64,000 nucleotides of DNA from an uncultured Gammaproteobacteria bacterium (GCA_964500975.1 CAZCQW010000004.1:9816-73815), one strand, 5' to 3'; counted from the stretch's first letter, positions 1-11,083 are shown. Numbers and translations are program-made. The notes: generated by a model not told the origin, from the sequence alone.

Positions 1-56
1 TTTTCTACAAGTTGCGCATAGGTTTTTTGTAGAACTGGAATTTTTGCTTTAGCCAT
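1..56 (-). CDS. 5' end of a gene running off the window (MAKAKIPVLQKTYAQLVE...)
   Basis: ATG at 56 on minus strand, open to the window edge, preceded by AT-rich leader and two CCGCC/GGCGG hairpins. Confidence 0.5.
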   Translation of the reverse strand, partial: MAKAKIPVLQKTYAQLVE

Positions 57-74
57 CTTATTTGTTTTGTTTAT

Positions 75-108
75 TCCGCCTTGGGCGAGCAGATCCGCCT
101 TGGGTGGA
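75..108. repeat. Two copies of short GC-rich palindromic element (TCCGCC-TTG-GGYGRA)
   Basis: tccgccttgggcga 75-88 and tccgccttgggtgga 94-108; same family as 8029, 11056, 17995, 29425, 53498. Confidence 0.75.
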
Positions 109-271
109 TGGGTTTATAATTGTTAAATAACCTAAAAACAATATCACAATTAAGCACTATATGTCAATAGCTGAATTTTAGAGTAATTTTACCTTTTTTA
201 TAGTTTGTTTTTTTATCATTTTTATGGTATTTTAGATACTAGAATTATAAAAAATTATTTGAATATATTTT

Positions 272-2209
272 ATGAAAAAAAGTAAGCTCTGGCTAATGAT
301 TAGCTTGGCCCTCGTTTTATTGTTTGGTGGTTTTTGGTGGTGGTCAGCTAGTAAAAATAAAAAAGTTGACTATTCTACGGTTGAGGTAAAATCTGGTCCT
401 CTTATGCAAACAGTTAGCGAAGCAGGGACTCTTAAGCCAGTTAAAGAAGTCGCTTTAAATTTCTTATCTGGCGGGAGAATAAAAACGGTTAATGTTAAAG
501 TTGGTGATAAGGTTGCTAGCGGTACGGTTCTAGCATCTCTTGAAGATAGCTCTTTACAGTTAAGAAAAACTGAAGCGGAGGCTGGCTTAAGTATGGCTAA
601 AGCCACTCTTTCAAAATTAATTGCAGGCGCTAGTTCAGAAACAGTTAGTGTTAGCAGGTCTAGTCTTTCGCAGGCTCAAACTAGTTTATCTTCAGCTAAA
701 ACTGATTTAGATAAAACTAAAAAAACAGTTTCTGAAAATATCCGTCAAGCTGAAAAAACTTTAGCTGATTTAGAGTCAACTAGTCCAAATACGGTCACTC
801 CTCAAGAACAAGCGGTTGCGCTCGCTAAAACTGCCTTAGATAATGCAATAAAGAATGGCCAAAAAAATATCGACAATTCTCGAAGTTCAGCTGTTTTAGC
901 TGTTAATGATAAAATTTTGAATGCAAAAATTGCGCTTGATAATATTAATACACTTCTTGAAGACGATAGAGCTGATAATGTTTTAGGAGCAAAAAATTCG
1001 GCAACACTTAATAAAACTAAAGATGCTCGTCAATCTGCTTTGAGCTTAATTTCAAAAGCCGAGGCAGCTGCTAGCAAGGCTCGTCAACAAACCGATGAAG
1101 CCTCACTTATTTCAGCCGGGGAGGCAGTAAAAAATCTTTTAACTGCCACGGATAACGCTCTTGATTCAGCTTATGATACTTTAGAGGCAAGTATAGTTAG
1201 CTCGTCTTTTTCTCAAACACTGTTGGACTCATATAAAACAATTATTAGCTCACAAATTTCTCAAGTTAATGTTGCTAGCTCCGCTCTTGAATCTTCAGTT
1301 CAGAATTTTAATAACGCAGTTTTAAACAAAGAAACTAGTATTTCAAGCGCCGAGGATAATTTAGGACAAGCTCAGGCTAATCTAGAAAACGCAGTTAATG
1401 CCGCTCGCAATTCTTTGAGTAGTGTAAAATTAAGCGGCGACCAGCAAATATCCTCCGCCCAGTCTCGTCTTGATAGCGCGAGTAATGCTTTAGCTTTATC
1501 CCTTGCTCAATATAACAGTACGGTCGCTCCAGCCAGAAGTCAGGATGTTTCAGTAGCTCAAGCTCAAGTTAATCAAGCCCAGGCAACACTTGATGGAATT
1601 AATCAACAAATAAAAGACACTGTTCTGCTGTCGCCTTTAGATGGGGTTGTTAATCAGGTTAACTATGAGGTTGGTGAACAATTCGGTGGCACTGGTAAAT
1701 CAATGATATCTGTTTTAGTAAACAATAGTTTTAATATTGAAGTTGATATCTCGGAGTCAAATATAAGTAAAGTAAAAATTGGTAATTTAACAGATATAAC
1801 TTTTGACGCCTTTCCTGGGGATTTGATTCTTAAAGGTCAAGTTAGTTTTATTGAGCCAGCTCAGACAGTTATTCAAGACGTAGTTTATTATAAGGTTAAA
1901 ATTGACTTTGTTAATTTAATCGAAACCTTAAGCCTACTTGAGGGTAGGGGTTTAAGTTTAAAGTCGGGTATGACGGCTAACGTTGTAATTATGACAGACA
2001 AACGTGATCAAGCTTTGCAGGTTCCAGCGAGATCTTTAATAGAAAAAGATTCTCAAAAAATTATTCGTGTTTTAGAAAATGGGGTTGTGAAAGAAATTCC
2101 AGTTGAAGTTGGTTTGCAGGGCGATGAAGGTATGATTGAAATTTTAAGTGGAATTAAGGCTGGTGATCAGATAGTAACTTTTGTTAAAACCGCTACTCCA
2201 GCTAAATAA
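272..2209 (+). CDS. MacA/HlyD-type periplasmic adaptor (membrane fusion protein) with very long coiled-coil
   Basis: N-terminal TM, lipoyl halves (VKVGDKV...LASL; SPLDGVV), beta-barrel C-terminus (GMTANV, VEVGLQG, GIKAGD). Confidence 0.9.
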   Translation: MKKSKLWLMISLALVLLFGGFWWWSASKNKKVDYSTVEVKSGPLMQTVSEAGTLKPVKEVALNFLSGGRIKTVNVKVGDKVASGTVLASLEDSSLQLRKTEAEAGLSMAKATLSKLIAGASSETVSVSRSSLSQAQTSLSSAKTDLDKTKKTVSENIRQAEKTLADLESTSPNTVTPQEQAVALAKTALDNAIKNGQKNIDNSRSSAVLAVNDKILNAKIALDNINTLLEDDRADNVLGAKNSATLNKTKDARQSALSLISKAEAAASKARQQTDEASLISAGEAVKNLLTATDNALDSAYDTLEASIVSSSFSQTLLDSYKTIISSQISQVNVASSALESSVQNFNNAVLNKETSISSAEDNLGQAQANLENAVNAARNSLSSVKLSGDQQISSAQSRLDSASNALALSLAQYNSTVAPARSQDVSVAQAQVNQAQATLDGINQQIKDTVLLSPLDGVVNQVNYEVGEQFGGTGKSMISVLVNNSFNIEVDISESNISKVKIGNLTDITFDAFPGDLILKGQVSFIEPAQTVIQDVVYYKVKIDFVNLIETLSLLEGRGLSLKSGMTANVVIMTDKRDQALQVPARSLIEKDSQKIIRVLENGVVKEIPVEVGLQGDEGMIEILSGIKAGDQIVTFVKTATPAK

Positions 2210-2216
2210 TAAATTT

Positions 2217-2939
2217 ATGGCAAAGGCTTTAATCGAATTAACTAATATTGAGAAAACTTATGTTAGTGGTGATTTAGAGACACAGGTTTTAAAAGATATA
2301 AGCTTTGATATTAAAGAAGGTGAGTTTGTTTCGATTATGGGCCCATCCGGCTCGGGTAAGTCGACCCTGATGCATATTCTTGGCTTACTTGAAAGGCAAA
2401 GTGTTGGCTCATATTTTTTTGCTGGCCGTGATATTAGTAAATTAAGTGATGAAGAACTGGCTCATTTAAGAAATAAAGAAATTGGTTTTGTTTTTCAAGC
2501 CTTTAATTTATTGGCTCGAACTAGTGTTTTAGATAACGTTAAGCTACCTCTAATATATTCCGATAATAAACTTAAAATGGATGAAAGAGCTGCTAAAGTT
2601 TTGCGTAGCGTTGGTTTAGAACATCGTCTTAATTATTTTACGAATCAAATTTCCGGTGGTGAAAAGCAAAGAGTTGCCATCGCCCGTGCCTTAGTAAATA
2701 ATCCATCAGTTATTTTTGCCGATGAACCAACTGGTAATCTTGATTCAAAATCAGGTGTGCAGGTAATGGAAATTCTTCAAAAACTTAATGCCGAAGGAAA
2801 AACTATTATCTTAGTTACTCATGAAACATATACCGCTGAACATGCTCAAAGAATAATTCGTGTTCTTGATGGCAAAATCGTTGCCGATGAACTCGTTAAA
2901 CATAGACGGTTTGCGTCTGATGGCGAAAATTTAAAATAA
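2217..2939 (+). CDS. ABC transporter ATP-binding protein (MacB/LolD family)
   Basis: [34 protein letters not shown]; start moved to ATG 2217 (MAKALIEL). Confidence 0.95.
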   Translation: MAKALIELTNIEKTYVSGDLETQVLKDISFDIKEGEFVSIMGPSGSGKSTLMHILGLLERQSVGSYFFAGRDISKLSDEELAHLRNKEIGFVFQAFNLLARTSVLDNVKLPLIYSDNKLKMDERAAKVLRSVGLEHRLNYFTNQISGGEKQRVAIARALVNNPSVIFADEPTGNLDSKSGVQVMEILQKLNAEGKTIILVTHETYTAEHAQRIIRVLDGKIVADELVKHRRFASDGENLK

Positions 2940-2941
2940 TT

Positions 2942-4189
2942 ATGCTAGAAAACTTTCGCCAATTACTTAAGCTAGTTTTTATATCACTTTTGGGCAATAA
3001 AACCAGAAGTTTTTTGACGATGTTAGGGATTATAATTGGCGTTGGAGCAGTTGTTTTAATTATGTCGCTTGGCGCTGGTGCAAAGTCTTTGATCCTTGGT
3101 CAGTTATCCGGTGTGGGCGGAGATTTAATTGGCATTCTGCCGGGCCAATCAGATTCTAAAGGGCCGCCTGCCTCAGTATTCGGGGTTAAAGTTACTAGTT
3201 TAAAAATTGGCGATGCCGAAGCTTTTAAAGACCCTCAAAATGTAGCTCATATTACCTCGGTCGTTTCATATTATCAGACCAGCGCCACTACTTACTGGCG
3301 CGATCAAAGCTACGACGCGACTCTTCAAGGTGTGGTTGGTGATTATTCAGAACTTGAAGGTGGCGAAGTGTCTCTTGGTCGCTTTTTTACAAATGATGAA
3401 CTAAACTCTAGTTTAAATTTTGCTATCTTAGGGAGCACAGTGGCTAAAGAATTATTTGGTGATAATAATCCAGTTAATCAAAAAATTAAAATTAAAAATA
3501 AAACTGCAACTGTTATTGGTGTAATGAAAGAAAGGGGCCAGGTTGGTTTTCAAAGTTATGATAATTTAATAATTACACCTCTTCTTTTTGCCCAAAAAGA
3601 AATTGCGGGTGTTAATTATTTGAGCTCAGTTAGAATAAAAGTTGATAATTCTGAAAATATTGATGAGGCAATGGAAAATATTCGCCAAACTTTAAGAGAG
3701 CGTCACGATATTGATAATCCAACTGATGATGATTTTTCTGTTCGTAGTTTTAGGGACGCACTTGATTTAGTAAATACAATTACCGACTCAATTCGTTATT
3801 TTTTGGCTGCATTGGCTAGCTTATCTCTTCTGGTTGGGTGAATTGGAATTATGAATATTATGTTAGTTAGCGTTACTGAAAGAACGAGAGAAATTGGTTT
3901 AAGAAAATCGTTAGGTGCGACAAATCGCCAGGTTTTAAATCAGTTTCTATTTGAAGCGATTGTTCTTACATTGTTTGGTGGCTTAATTGGTCTACTAGCA
4001 GGAAGTTTACTTTCGTATTTAACAGCCATTATTGTTAGATCACTTGATTATCAGTGGGATTTTATTATTTCTTTATCATCGATTATTGTCGCTGTTAGTT
4101 TGTCGACTTTAATCGGAGTTGTTTTTGGTTATTATCCCGCTAAGCGAGCGAGCTGTTTAAGCCCAATTGAGGCTTTGCGTTATGAATAA
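2942..4189 (+). pseudogene. MacB/FtsX-type ABC permease interrupted by one in-frame TGA (3839-3841)
   Basis: CTG GTT GGG TGA ATT GGA ATT ATG AAT = LVG*IGIMN; family motif is VGGIGIMN; both ORF pieces in the same frame. Confidence 0.8.
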
Positions 4190-4192
4190 ATT

Positions 4193-5419
4193 ATGCGTGT
4201 TATTATTGCCTTTAAATTAGCTTTTAATTCGTTGCGCTTAAATCTTGTGAGAACAAGTTTAACGGTTTTAGGCGTGGTTATCGGAGTGGCGGCAATTATC
4301 GTTGTATTTTCAGCTGGTAGTATGCTTAGTAATTTAGTGTCGGGTGAAATTGAATCATACGGAACGAATGTTGTCCAAACTGAAACTAAGGCGCCAGGAA
4401 AAGCGGCCAATGGTTCAGTTGAGGTAACTTCTTTAAAAATTAGTGACATGGAAGCGATCAATAAGCTTAGGAATATTTCCATGAGCTATGCTGCTTCTTT
4501 AGCTCAGCAAAGAGTTAGCTATGAGTCACAAAGTAAAAAAGTTTTTATTTTTGGGACTAGCGCACCTTACGCAAAAATTGATACTAAAACGAAATTAGCG
4601 AGCGGTGAATTTTTTACTGAAGAAGATGATAAAAGTCAGGCCATGGTAGTTGTTTTAGGCTCCGCTCTAAAGGATGAATTATTTGGCAATCAAGATGCTA
4701 TTGGAAAATCCGTTAAACTTGGTACTAAAAAGTTTCAAGTAGTTGGTGTTTTAGAGGAGCAGGGTGGAGGGGCCTCTTTTCTTGATTTTGACAACATGGT
4801 TTATATCCCTATTAATACTTTGCACAAAAGAATTCTTGGTATTGATTATGCGATGTATTTTATGCACGAGGTTAAGGATATAAAGATTGCCGCTGATACA
4901 GCTGACGAAATTAAATCTCTTTTGCGTCAAAGACATGAAATTACTAATCCTGATAAAGATGATTTTAATGTTTCAACAATGGCAGAAATGATAGATACAT
5001 TAAGTACGGTAACTAATGCGGTTACTTATTTGTTGCTTGCCATTGTTTTAATTTCATTGTTAGTTGGTGGCGTCGGAATTATGAATATTATGTACGTTAC
5101 TGTGGTTGAAAGAACGCCGGAAATCGGTTTAAGAAAAGCGCTGGGGGCGACCAGGAAAGATGTTGTTTGGCAGTTTCTAATTGAATCTTTGTTAATTACA
5201 TTTTGGGGTTGGCTTCTTGGGGCTTTTATAGGTGTTTTAATTTCCTATTTATTGAACATAGCTGCCAGATATTTTGGCTTGGATTGGCAATTTAGTTTTC
5301 CTTGGCAGGGAATTGGTGCCTCGTTAATTTTTTCTTTGGTTTGCGGTCTTTTATTTGGTTATAGACCAGCTAAGCAAGCCGCCGCACTTGATCCAGTTGA
5401 AGCTTTAAGAATAGAATAG
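4193..5419 (+). CDS. MacB/FtsX-type ABC permease (second paralog, intact)
   Basis: RTSLTVLGVVIGV, VGGVGIMNIM, ERTPEIGLRKALGA, LDPVEALR. Confidence 0.95.
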   Translation: MRVIIAFKLAFNSLRLNLVRTSLTVLGVVIGVAAIIVVFSAGSMLSNLVSGEIESYGTNVVQTETKAPGKAANGSVEVTSLKISDMEAINKLRNISMSYAASLAQQRVSYESQSKKVFIFGTSAPYAKIDTKTKLASGEFFTEEDDKSQAMVVVLGSALKDELFGNQDAIGKSVKLGTKKFQVVGVLEEQGGGASFLDFDNMVYIPINTLHKRILGIDYAMYFMHEVKDIKIAADTADEIKSLLRQRHEITNPDKDDFNVSTMAEMIDTLSTVTNAVTYLLLAIVLISLLVGGVGIMNIMYVTVVERTPEIGLRKALGATRKDVVWQFLIESLLITFWGWLLGAFIGVLISYLLNIAARYFGLDWQFSFPWQGIGASLIFSLVCGLLFGYRPAKQAAALDPVEALRIE

Positions 5420-5498
5420 TTTTTATAATAAAAATAAATTAAACACTATAAGCGGTTATAAAAAACCGTTTTTTTGTAATGTTTTCAGGTATTGGCGC

Positions 5499-5547
5499 AC
5501 ACTACATCTTGTGGTATAATATTATTAACTACCACAATGTGTAGTAT
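5499..5547 (+). promoter_or_regulatory. Two NrdR-box-like sites flanking an extended -10 (TGgTATAAT) of nrdAB
   Basis: acactacatcttgtgg 5499-5514 and ccacaatgtgtagtat 5532-5547 match acaCwAtATaTwGtg; TATAAT at 5515-5520. Confidence 0.7.
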
Positions 5548-5574
5548 TTATTAACATAAACTCGAAAACATAAT

Positions 5575-7986
5575 ATGAGTATTTATAAAATTGTTGCTAA
5601 CGATGGCACAATGGAAAATTTTTCCGAAGAAAAAATTGAAGCGAAACTAAAAATCATGGCCCAAGGACTTGATCACATTGATATAAATATAATTCTAAGT
5701 GAAATTAAAAGCAGTCTTTATGAGGGTATTAAAGTTAGTGAGCTTAAAAAAACAATAATTAATGCCGCTACATTTTTAATTGAACGACATTATAATTATT
5801 CCTATTTAGCCGCCCGCCTTTTAATTGACCAGTTATGTGAAGACGTTTTAGGTCTTGATTATGACAAGGAATTATTAGGCGAAGACTTAAGTCTAAAAAA
5901 ATATCGTCAAGGTTTTATCGATTATATTGGAAAAGGAATTAAATATCAGCTTTTAAACCCAGAGCTTGCTAATTTTGATTTAATGAAACTAGCCGCTGCT
6001 ATTGATAAAAATCGTGATAATAATTTTCAGTATTTAGGTGCGCAAACGATTTATGATAGATACTTACTAAAAACCCCTGTTAAGCCGCGCTCTATTTTTG
6101 AATTACCTCAGTGGATGTGGATGCGCATTGCGATGGGGCTTGCTTTAAAAGAAGATAAACGTGAAGACAGGGCGATTGAATTTTATAATTTAATGTCTCA
6201 ATTTCTACTTGTACCATCAACTCCAACACTATTTAACAGTGGAACGGTTAATAGTCAGCTAAGTTCATGTTTTCTAAATACGGTTGAGGATTCATTAATT
6301 GGGATATTTAAAAGTTTTTCTGTTGTTGCTCGGTTATCAAAATTGTCAGGTGGAATCGGGACTGACTGGACACCAGTTCGTTCTATGGGTTCAAAAATTA
6401 AAGGAACGAACGGTGATTCTCAAGGAATAATTCCATTTATTAAAATCTTTAATGATGTGGCGGTTGCGGTTAATCAGGGCGGTAAACGTCGAGGAGCTTT
6501 AGCGGCTTATCTTGAAGTTTGGCATAATGATATTGAAGAATTCTTGGAATTAAAAAAGAATACCGGCGATGAACGTCGTCGAGCTCATGATATTCATCCC
6601 GCCGTTTGGATTCCGGATTTATTTATGAAAAGAGTTTTAAGCGACGAAAACTGGACTTTGTTTTCGCCGAATGAAGTTCCGGGACTTCATGATTTATATG
6701 GAAAAAAATTCGAAGAAAAATACGAGGAATACGAAAGAGAGAATATGCCTGGAGCACGTAAATTGCCAGCCAAAGAATTGTGGAAGAAAATATTAACCAT
6801 GCTTTATGAAACTGGCCACCCGTGGATTACTTTTAAAGACCCATGTAATCTGCGCTCGCCTCAAGATCATGATGGCGTAATTCATAATTCAAATTTATGC
6901 ACAGAAATAACTCTAAATAATTCATTAGAGGAAACCGCAGTTTGTAATTTAGCGAGTTTGAATTTAAGTTTAATGGTTCGTGATGGGAAATTAGATAGCG
7001 ACTTAATTAAAGAAACGGTTGCGACTGGAATGCGTATGCTTGATAATGTGGTTGATATAAATTTTTATACAATTCCAGAAACAGAAAAATCCAATAATCG
7101 TCATAGACCGGTTGGGCTTGGCTTAATGGGTTACCAAGACGCTCTTTATCAGCTAGGAATTGATTTTGCGAGCGAAGAAAATTTAAAATTTGCCGATACT
7201 TCAATGGAGTTAATTTCGTATCATGTATTTTCGGCTAGTTCTGATTTGGCAAAAGAAAGAGGTTCTTACGAAACTTATGAGGGTAGTAAATGGAGTCGCG
7301 GAATATTGCCAATTGATACTTTAGAAATTCTTGAACAAGAAAGAGGGGTTAATTTAACTATTAATAAAGAGAGAACACTCGATTGGGATGCACTCAGAGA
7401 AAAAATAAGAATTCAAGGAATGCGTAATTCAAACTGTTTGGCGATTGCACCAACGGCGACTATTTCAAATATAACTGGTGTCGCTCCTTGCGTAGAGCCG
7501 ATATTTAAGAATATTTATAGTAAAGAGAATATGTCTGGAAGCTTTTTAGTGACCAATAAATACTTAGTTGATGATTTAATTAATGAGGGCTTATGGAATA
7601 AACAGACTTTAGATTTGATTAAATATAATAATGGATCAGTTGCAAGTATTAATTCAATCTCACCAAAATTAAAAAATAAATATAAGGAAACTTTTGAAAT
7701 TGATCCGTATTGGGTTGTTAAAGCGGCCGCTTATCGGGGTAAATGGATAGATCAAAGCGCTTCGACTAATATTTTTGTTTCTACTAGTAGTGGAAAAATG
7801 TTAAGTGATTTATACATTGATGCTTGGAAGACTGGTCTTAAAACTACTTATTACTTAAGAACACTTGCTGCCTCGCAAATCGCTAAAACAATTGAAATGC
7901 CGATTGAGACGACTCCTGAGACAGTTGTAAAAGTTGAGCCTAAAGCCTGTCTTATAAATAATCCAGATTGTGAGGCTTGCCAGTAA
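5575..7986 (+). CDS. nrdA: Ribonucleoside-diphosphate reductase alpha subunit with ATP-cone
   Basis: TPTLFN, QLSSCF, SNLCTEI, TAVCNL, IAPTATIS, KTTYYLR, C-terminal CEAC. Confidence 0.97.
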   Translation: MSIYKIVANDGTMENFSEEKIEAKLKIMAQGLDHIDINIILSEIKSSLYEGIKVSELKKTIINAATFLIERHYNYSYLAARLLIDQLCEDVLGLDYDKELLGEDLSLKKYRQGFIDYIGKGIKYQLLNPELANFDLMKLAAAIDKNRDNNFQYLGAQTIYDRYLLKTPVKPRSIFELPQWMWMRIAMGLALKEDKREDRAIEFYNLMSQFLLVPSTPTLFNSGTVNSQLSSCFLNTVEDSLIGIFKSFSVVARLSKLSGGIGTDWTPVRSMGSKIKGTNGDSQGIIPFIKIFNDVAVAVNQGGKRRGALAAYLEVWHNDIEEFLELKKNTGDERRRAHDIHPAVWIPDLFMKRVLSDENWTLFSPNEVPGLHDLYGKKFEEKYEEYERENMPGARKLPAKELWKKILTMLYETGHPWITFKDPCNLRSPQDHDGVIHNSNLCTEITLNNSLEETAVCNLASLNLSLMVRDGKLDSDLIKETVATGMRMLDNVVDINFYTIPETEKSNNRHRPVGLGLMGYQDALYQLGIDFASEENLKFADTSMELISYHVFSASSDLAKERGSYETYEGSKWSRGILPIDTLEILEQERGVNLTINKERTLDWDALREKIRIQGMRNSNCLAIAPTATISNITGVAPCVEPIFKNIYSKENMSGSFLVTNKYLVDDLINEGLWNKQTLDLIKYNNGSVASINSISPKLKNKYKETFEIDPYWVVKAAAYRGKWIDQSASTNIFVSTSSGKMLSDLYIDAWKTGLKTTYYLRTLAASQIAKTIEMPIETTPETVVKVEPKACLINNPDCEACQ

Positions 7987-8028
7987 TTGAGCCAAAATAA
8001 TTAACACATTTATTGATAATAATTGAAC

Positions 8029-8041
8029 CCGCCCTAGGCGG
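8029..8041. repeat. CCGCC-CTA-GGCGG hairpin element upstream of nrdB
   Basis: ccgccctaggcgg, 10 nt before ATG 8052. Confidence 0.7.
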
Positions 8042-8051
8042 ACATATATAT

Positions 8052-9098
8052 ATGGGAAGAATAATAGGAAAAATGAATACTTTATCTAATGCTGAAGTAA
8101 TAAATAAGCGCCTGGTAATTAATGGTGAAGATGACGGTTTGATGCAGATAGCGCCCTTAAAGCATCAATTTGCTGATGAAATTTTTAAGACTATGCTTAA
8201 AAATAATTGGGTACCGCAAGAAGTTAATCTTCAGGAAGATATTGAGCAATGGCGTAAACCGGATATCTTAACCGAAAATGAACGTCGTGTTTATATGCGT
8301 AGTTTGTCTTTTGTTTCTAATTTAGACGGGATTCAAACAGGGAATTTAACGACTAACATTGTTAATCAGATAACTTCTCCGGAAATTATTTTGGCTATTG
8401 TTAGACAGGCTTATGAGGAAGCGCTTCATGTTCACAGCTATGCAACCATGATTGAGGCTTTAGGTTTTAATCCTGATGAAATTTACGGCATGTATAAGAG
8501 TGATAAAGAACTTTATACTAAGAACCAGTATGTCCTAACGGCAATTAATAAAATTGGTAATCCAAATTTCCAAACGGGAACTCTAGAAAATGACCAATTA
8601 TTTTTAGAAGCTTGTGTGGGCAATGTAATTTTAGAAGGAATATATTTTTATAGCGCCTTCTTAAATTTTTATATTCTTCGTCGTAATAATAAAATGCCTG
8701 GGAGCGCACAGATGATACAGTTTATTAATCGTGACGAAGATATGCACTTGCAACTCTTTATTAACGTCGTAAACACAATAAAAAAAGAACAGCCAGAGCT
8801 TTGGACTGAAGACTTTCAAGAAAGAATTATTAAAAATATTGAAGGTGCGGTTGACCATGAACTAGCCTGGGGAATGTCCTGTATTCAGGATGGAATTCTA
8901 GGATTAAACAAAGAAAATTTAACAGCTTATCTTCATTTCGTAGGTGACTTAAGATTAAAAGTTTTAGGGTTGCCGAAAAAATGGAATAGTGAAAATCCCT
9001 TTCCGTGGCTTGATGAATTTACTCAAGGAAATATGACCGAAAGCAACTTTTTTGAGTCTACGGTTAAAGAGTATTCAACCGGCAGTCTAGAGTGGTAA
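8052..9098 (+). CDS. nrdB: Ribonucleotide reductase beta subunit (class Ia)
   Basis: Diiron ligands NLDG, EEALHVHSY (radical Tyr present), LEGIYF, RDEDMH; C-terminal NFFE..VKEY. Confidence 0.95.
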   Translation: MGRIIGKMNTLSNAEVINKRLVINGEDDGLMQIAPLKHQFADEIFKTMLKNNWVPQEVNLQEDIEQWRKPDILTENERRVYMRSLSFVSNLDGIQTGNLTTNIVNQITSPEIILAIVRQAYEEALHVHSYATMIEALGFNPDEIYGMYKSDKELYTKNQYVLTAINKIGNPNFQTGTLENDQLFLEACVGNVILEGIYFYSAFLNFYILRRNNKMPGSAQMIQFINRDEDMHLQLFINVVNTIKKEQPELWTEDFQERIIKNIEGAVDHELAWGMSCIQDGILGLNKENLTAYLHFVGDLRLKVLGLPKKWNSENPFPWLDEFTQGNMTESNFFESTVKEYSTGSLEW

Positions 9099-9172
9099 TT
9101 TAATTATTATAATGATATATTTATAAAAGAGTGATGAAAATCACTCTTTTAGTTACTGTTTAAGTTTAGTCT

Positions 9173-9956
9173 ATGGAAACAAAATATTTAATTATTAATA
9201 CTGGCAGTACTTCAAAAAAATATTCTTTTTATAGTGATGAAGAAAAAATTTATACGGCTTAAAGATTCGCGAGAATTAGGATTGCGTCGTTTTGGGTATC
9301 ACGGCATTTCTGTTCAGTCAGTCGTTTCCAGGGCCGCTGAAACTTTGGGCACACTTCCTGAGAAAGTTATAGTTTGTCATTTAGGTGGTGGGGCGAGTAT
9401 TACGGCAGTTAAAAATGGTGAGAGCGTCGACACCTCGATGGGTTTCACGCCGCTTGAAGGTTTAGTGATGGCTACCCGAGTTGGCGATCTTGATCCGGGG
9501 GCGGTTTTGTATTTATCTGAGAAATTAAATAAAGATTATAAAGAGTTAGGGAGGTATTTTAATAATGAATGCGGCTTGCTTGGTTTATCAGGTTATAGCG
9601 ATGATCTTAGGGAGTTGCTCTTAAGTGAAGCATCTGGTCACGCTGATTCAACGCTTGCTTTAAAAATTTATGTTAACCGTATTAAACAATATATAGGGCG
9701 CATGGCAGCTGTTTTAGGTGGCGTGGACTTAATTATTCTAGCCGGAACAGTTGGCGAACGTTCGTTTATCATGCGAGAAAGAATATGTGAGAATATGGAA
9801 TTTTTGGGCGTGGTGTTAAATAAAGAATTAAATAGTAGATCAGAGGGTGTCGAGGTTGAATTAAATAAAACTGGCTCAAGAGTTAAAATTTTAGTTGTTA
9901 AGACTGACGAGATGGAGGAGATTGCAAAAGTAACGTTTAGCTTGGCAAAAAAGTAA
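9173..9956 (+). pseudogene. ackA: Acetate kinase with internal deletion and frameshift
   Basis: 9173-9262 METKYLIINTGSTSKKYS...TA* is the AckA N-terminus; another frame resumes at RRFGYHGIS, CHLGGGAS, DTSMGFTPLEG. Confidence 0.85.
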
Positions 9957-10011
9957 TTTTCGTTTATACTATTAGAGGTTTAAATTTAAATTTATTATAT
10001 AAAAAATATTT

Positions 10012-11040
10012 ATGAACACAAAAATCGTGGCTACAGTTGGTCCTAAGACTGAATCAGAGAAAGATTTGTGTGCCTTAATCGCCGCTGGCGTTGACATGGT
10101 GCGGGTTAACTTCTCTCATGCTTCTTATGAACAATATAGGAGAATTAAAACAATTATTGATTCTCATAATAAAAAAAATAAAGACCATCAAGTTTCTTTA
10201 ATGCTCGATCTTCAGGGGCCTCGTATTCGTGTCGGCAAAATGCCTGAAGATGGAATCATGCTACACGTTGATGAAGTCCATAAATTTACTTACTCAAAGT
10301 TGCCCTATAAACTGGGTGGAGTTATTCCTATTGGCAACGCCGACTTGCATAAATACATGAAAAAAGGAGAGGCATTATTTTTATGTAATGGAGCAATCGA
10401 GTTAACAGTTACTGAAGTTAAAAATAAAATTATTACAGCGCGGGTTATTATTGGTGGTGTATTAAGCTCAAATAAGGGAATAAACGTTCCTCTCACAAAT
10501 ATAAAAAAAGGCGGGATGACGGCCAAGGATTTAGAGGATGTTAAATTTGGACTTAAGGCTGGGATGGATTACATCGCTTTATCATTTGTTCAAACAGAAG
10601 ATGACGTAAATCGTTTAAGAAAAATGCTTGGTAAAAATTCAAAAGTTAAAATTATCTCTAAAATTGAAAGAGGGATTGCGTTAGCTAATATTGATAAAAT
10701 CATTATGGCATCAGACGTAATCATGGTAGCCCGTGGTGATTTAGGAATTGAAGTCCCAATTGAAGAATTGCCTATCGTTCAGAAGAATTTAATTAGACAT
10801 TCTCATTGGCACGAAAAACCAGCTATTTTAGCAACTCAGGTTATGACTTCAATGATTAAGAATCCTCATCCAACTAGGGCGGAAATTAGTGATATTGCTA
10901 ATGCAGTTTTTGATGGTGCAGATATGGTTATGTTATCTGATGAAACTACAGTTGGTGATTATTGCGTTGAGGCGGTTTGTACTTTGAAGAAAGTAATTAA
11001 AAGAACAGAAGAATACCTACACAAAACTTACGTTGCTTAG
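10012..11040 (+). CDS. pyk: Pyruvate kinase, short form lacking the C-terminal regulatory domain
   Basis: TKIVATVGP, RVNFSH, DLQGP, MVARGDLG, ATQ, PTRAE, MLSDET. Confidence 0.95.
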   Translation: MNTKIVATVGPKTESEKDLCALIAAGVDMVRVNFSHASYEQYRRIKTIIDSHNKKNKDHQVSLMLDLQGPRIRVGKMPEDGIMLHVDEVHKFTYSKLPYKLGGVIPIGNADLHKYMKKGEALFLCNGAIELTVTEVKNKIITARVIIGGVLSSNKGINVPLTNIKKGGMTAKDLEDVKFGLKAGMDYIALSFVQTEDDVNRLRKMLGKNSKVKIISKIERGIALANIDKIIMASDVIMVARGDLGIEVPIEELPIVQKNLIRHSHWHEKPAILATQVMTSMIKNPHPTRAEISDIANAVFDGADMVMLSDETTVGDYCVEAVCTLKKVIKRTEEYLHKTYVA

Positions 11041-11055
11041 TAGTAAAAATTATAA

Positions 11056-11070
11056 TCCGCCCGAGGCGGA
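11056..11070. repeat. TCCGCC-CGA-GGCGGA hairpin element upstream of eno
   Basis: Followed by GTAAAC and ATG at 11084. Confidence 0.75.
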
Positions 11071-11083
11071 GTAAACTAATTAT

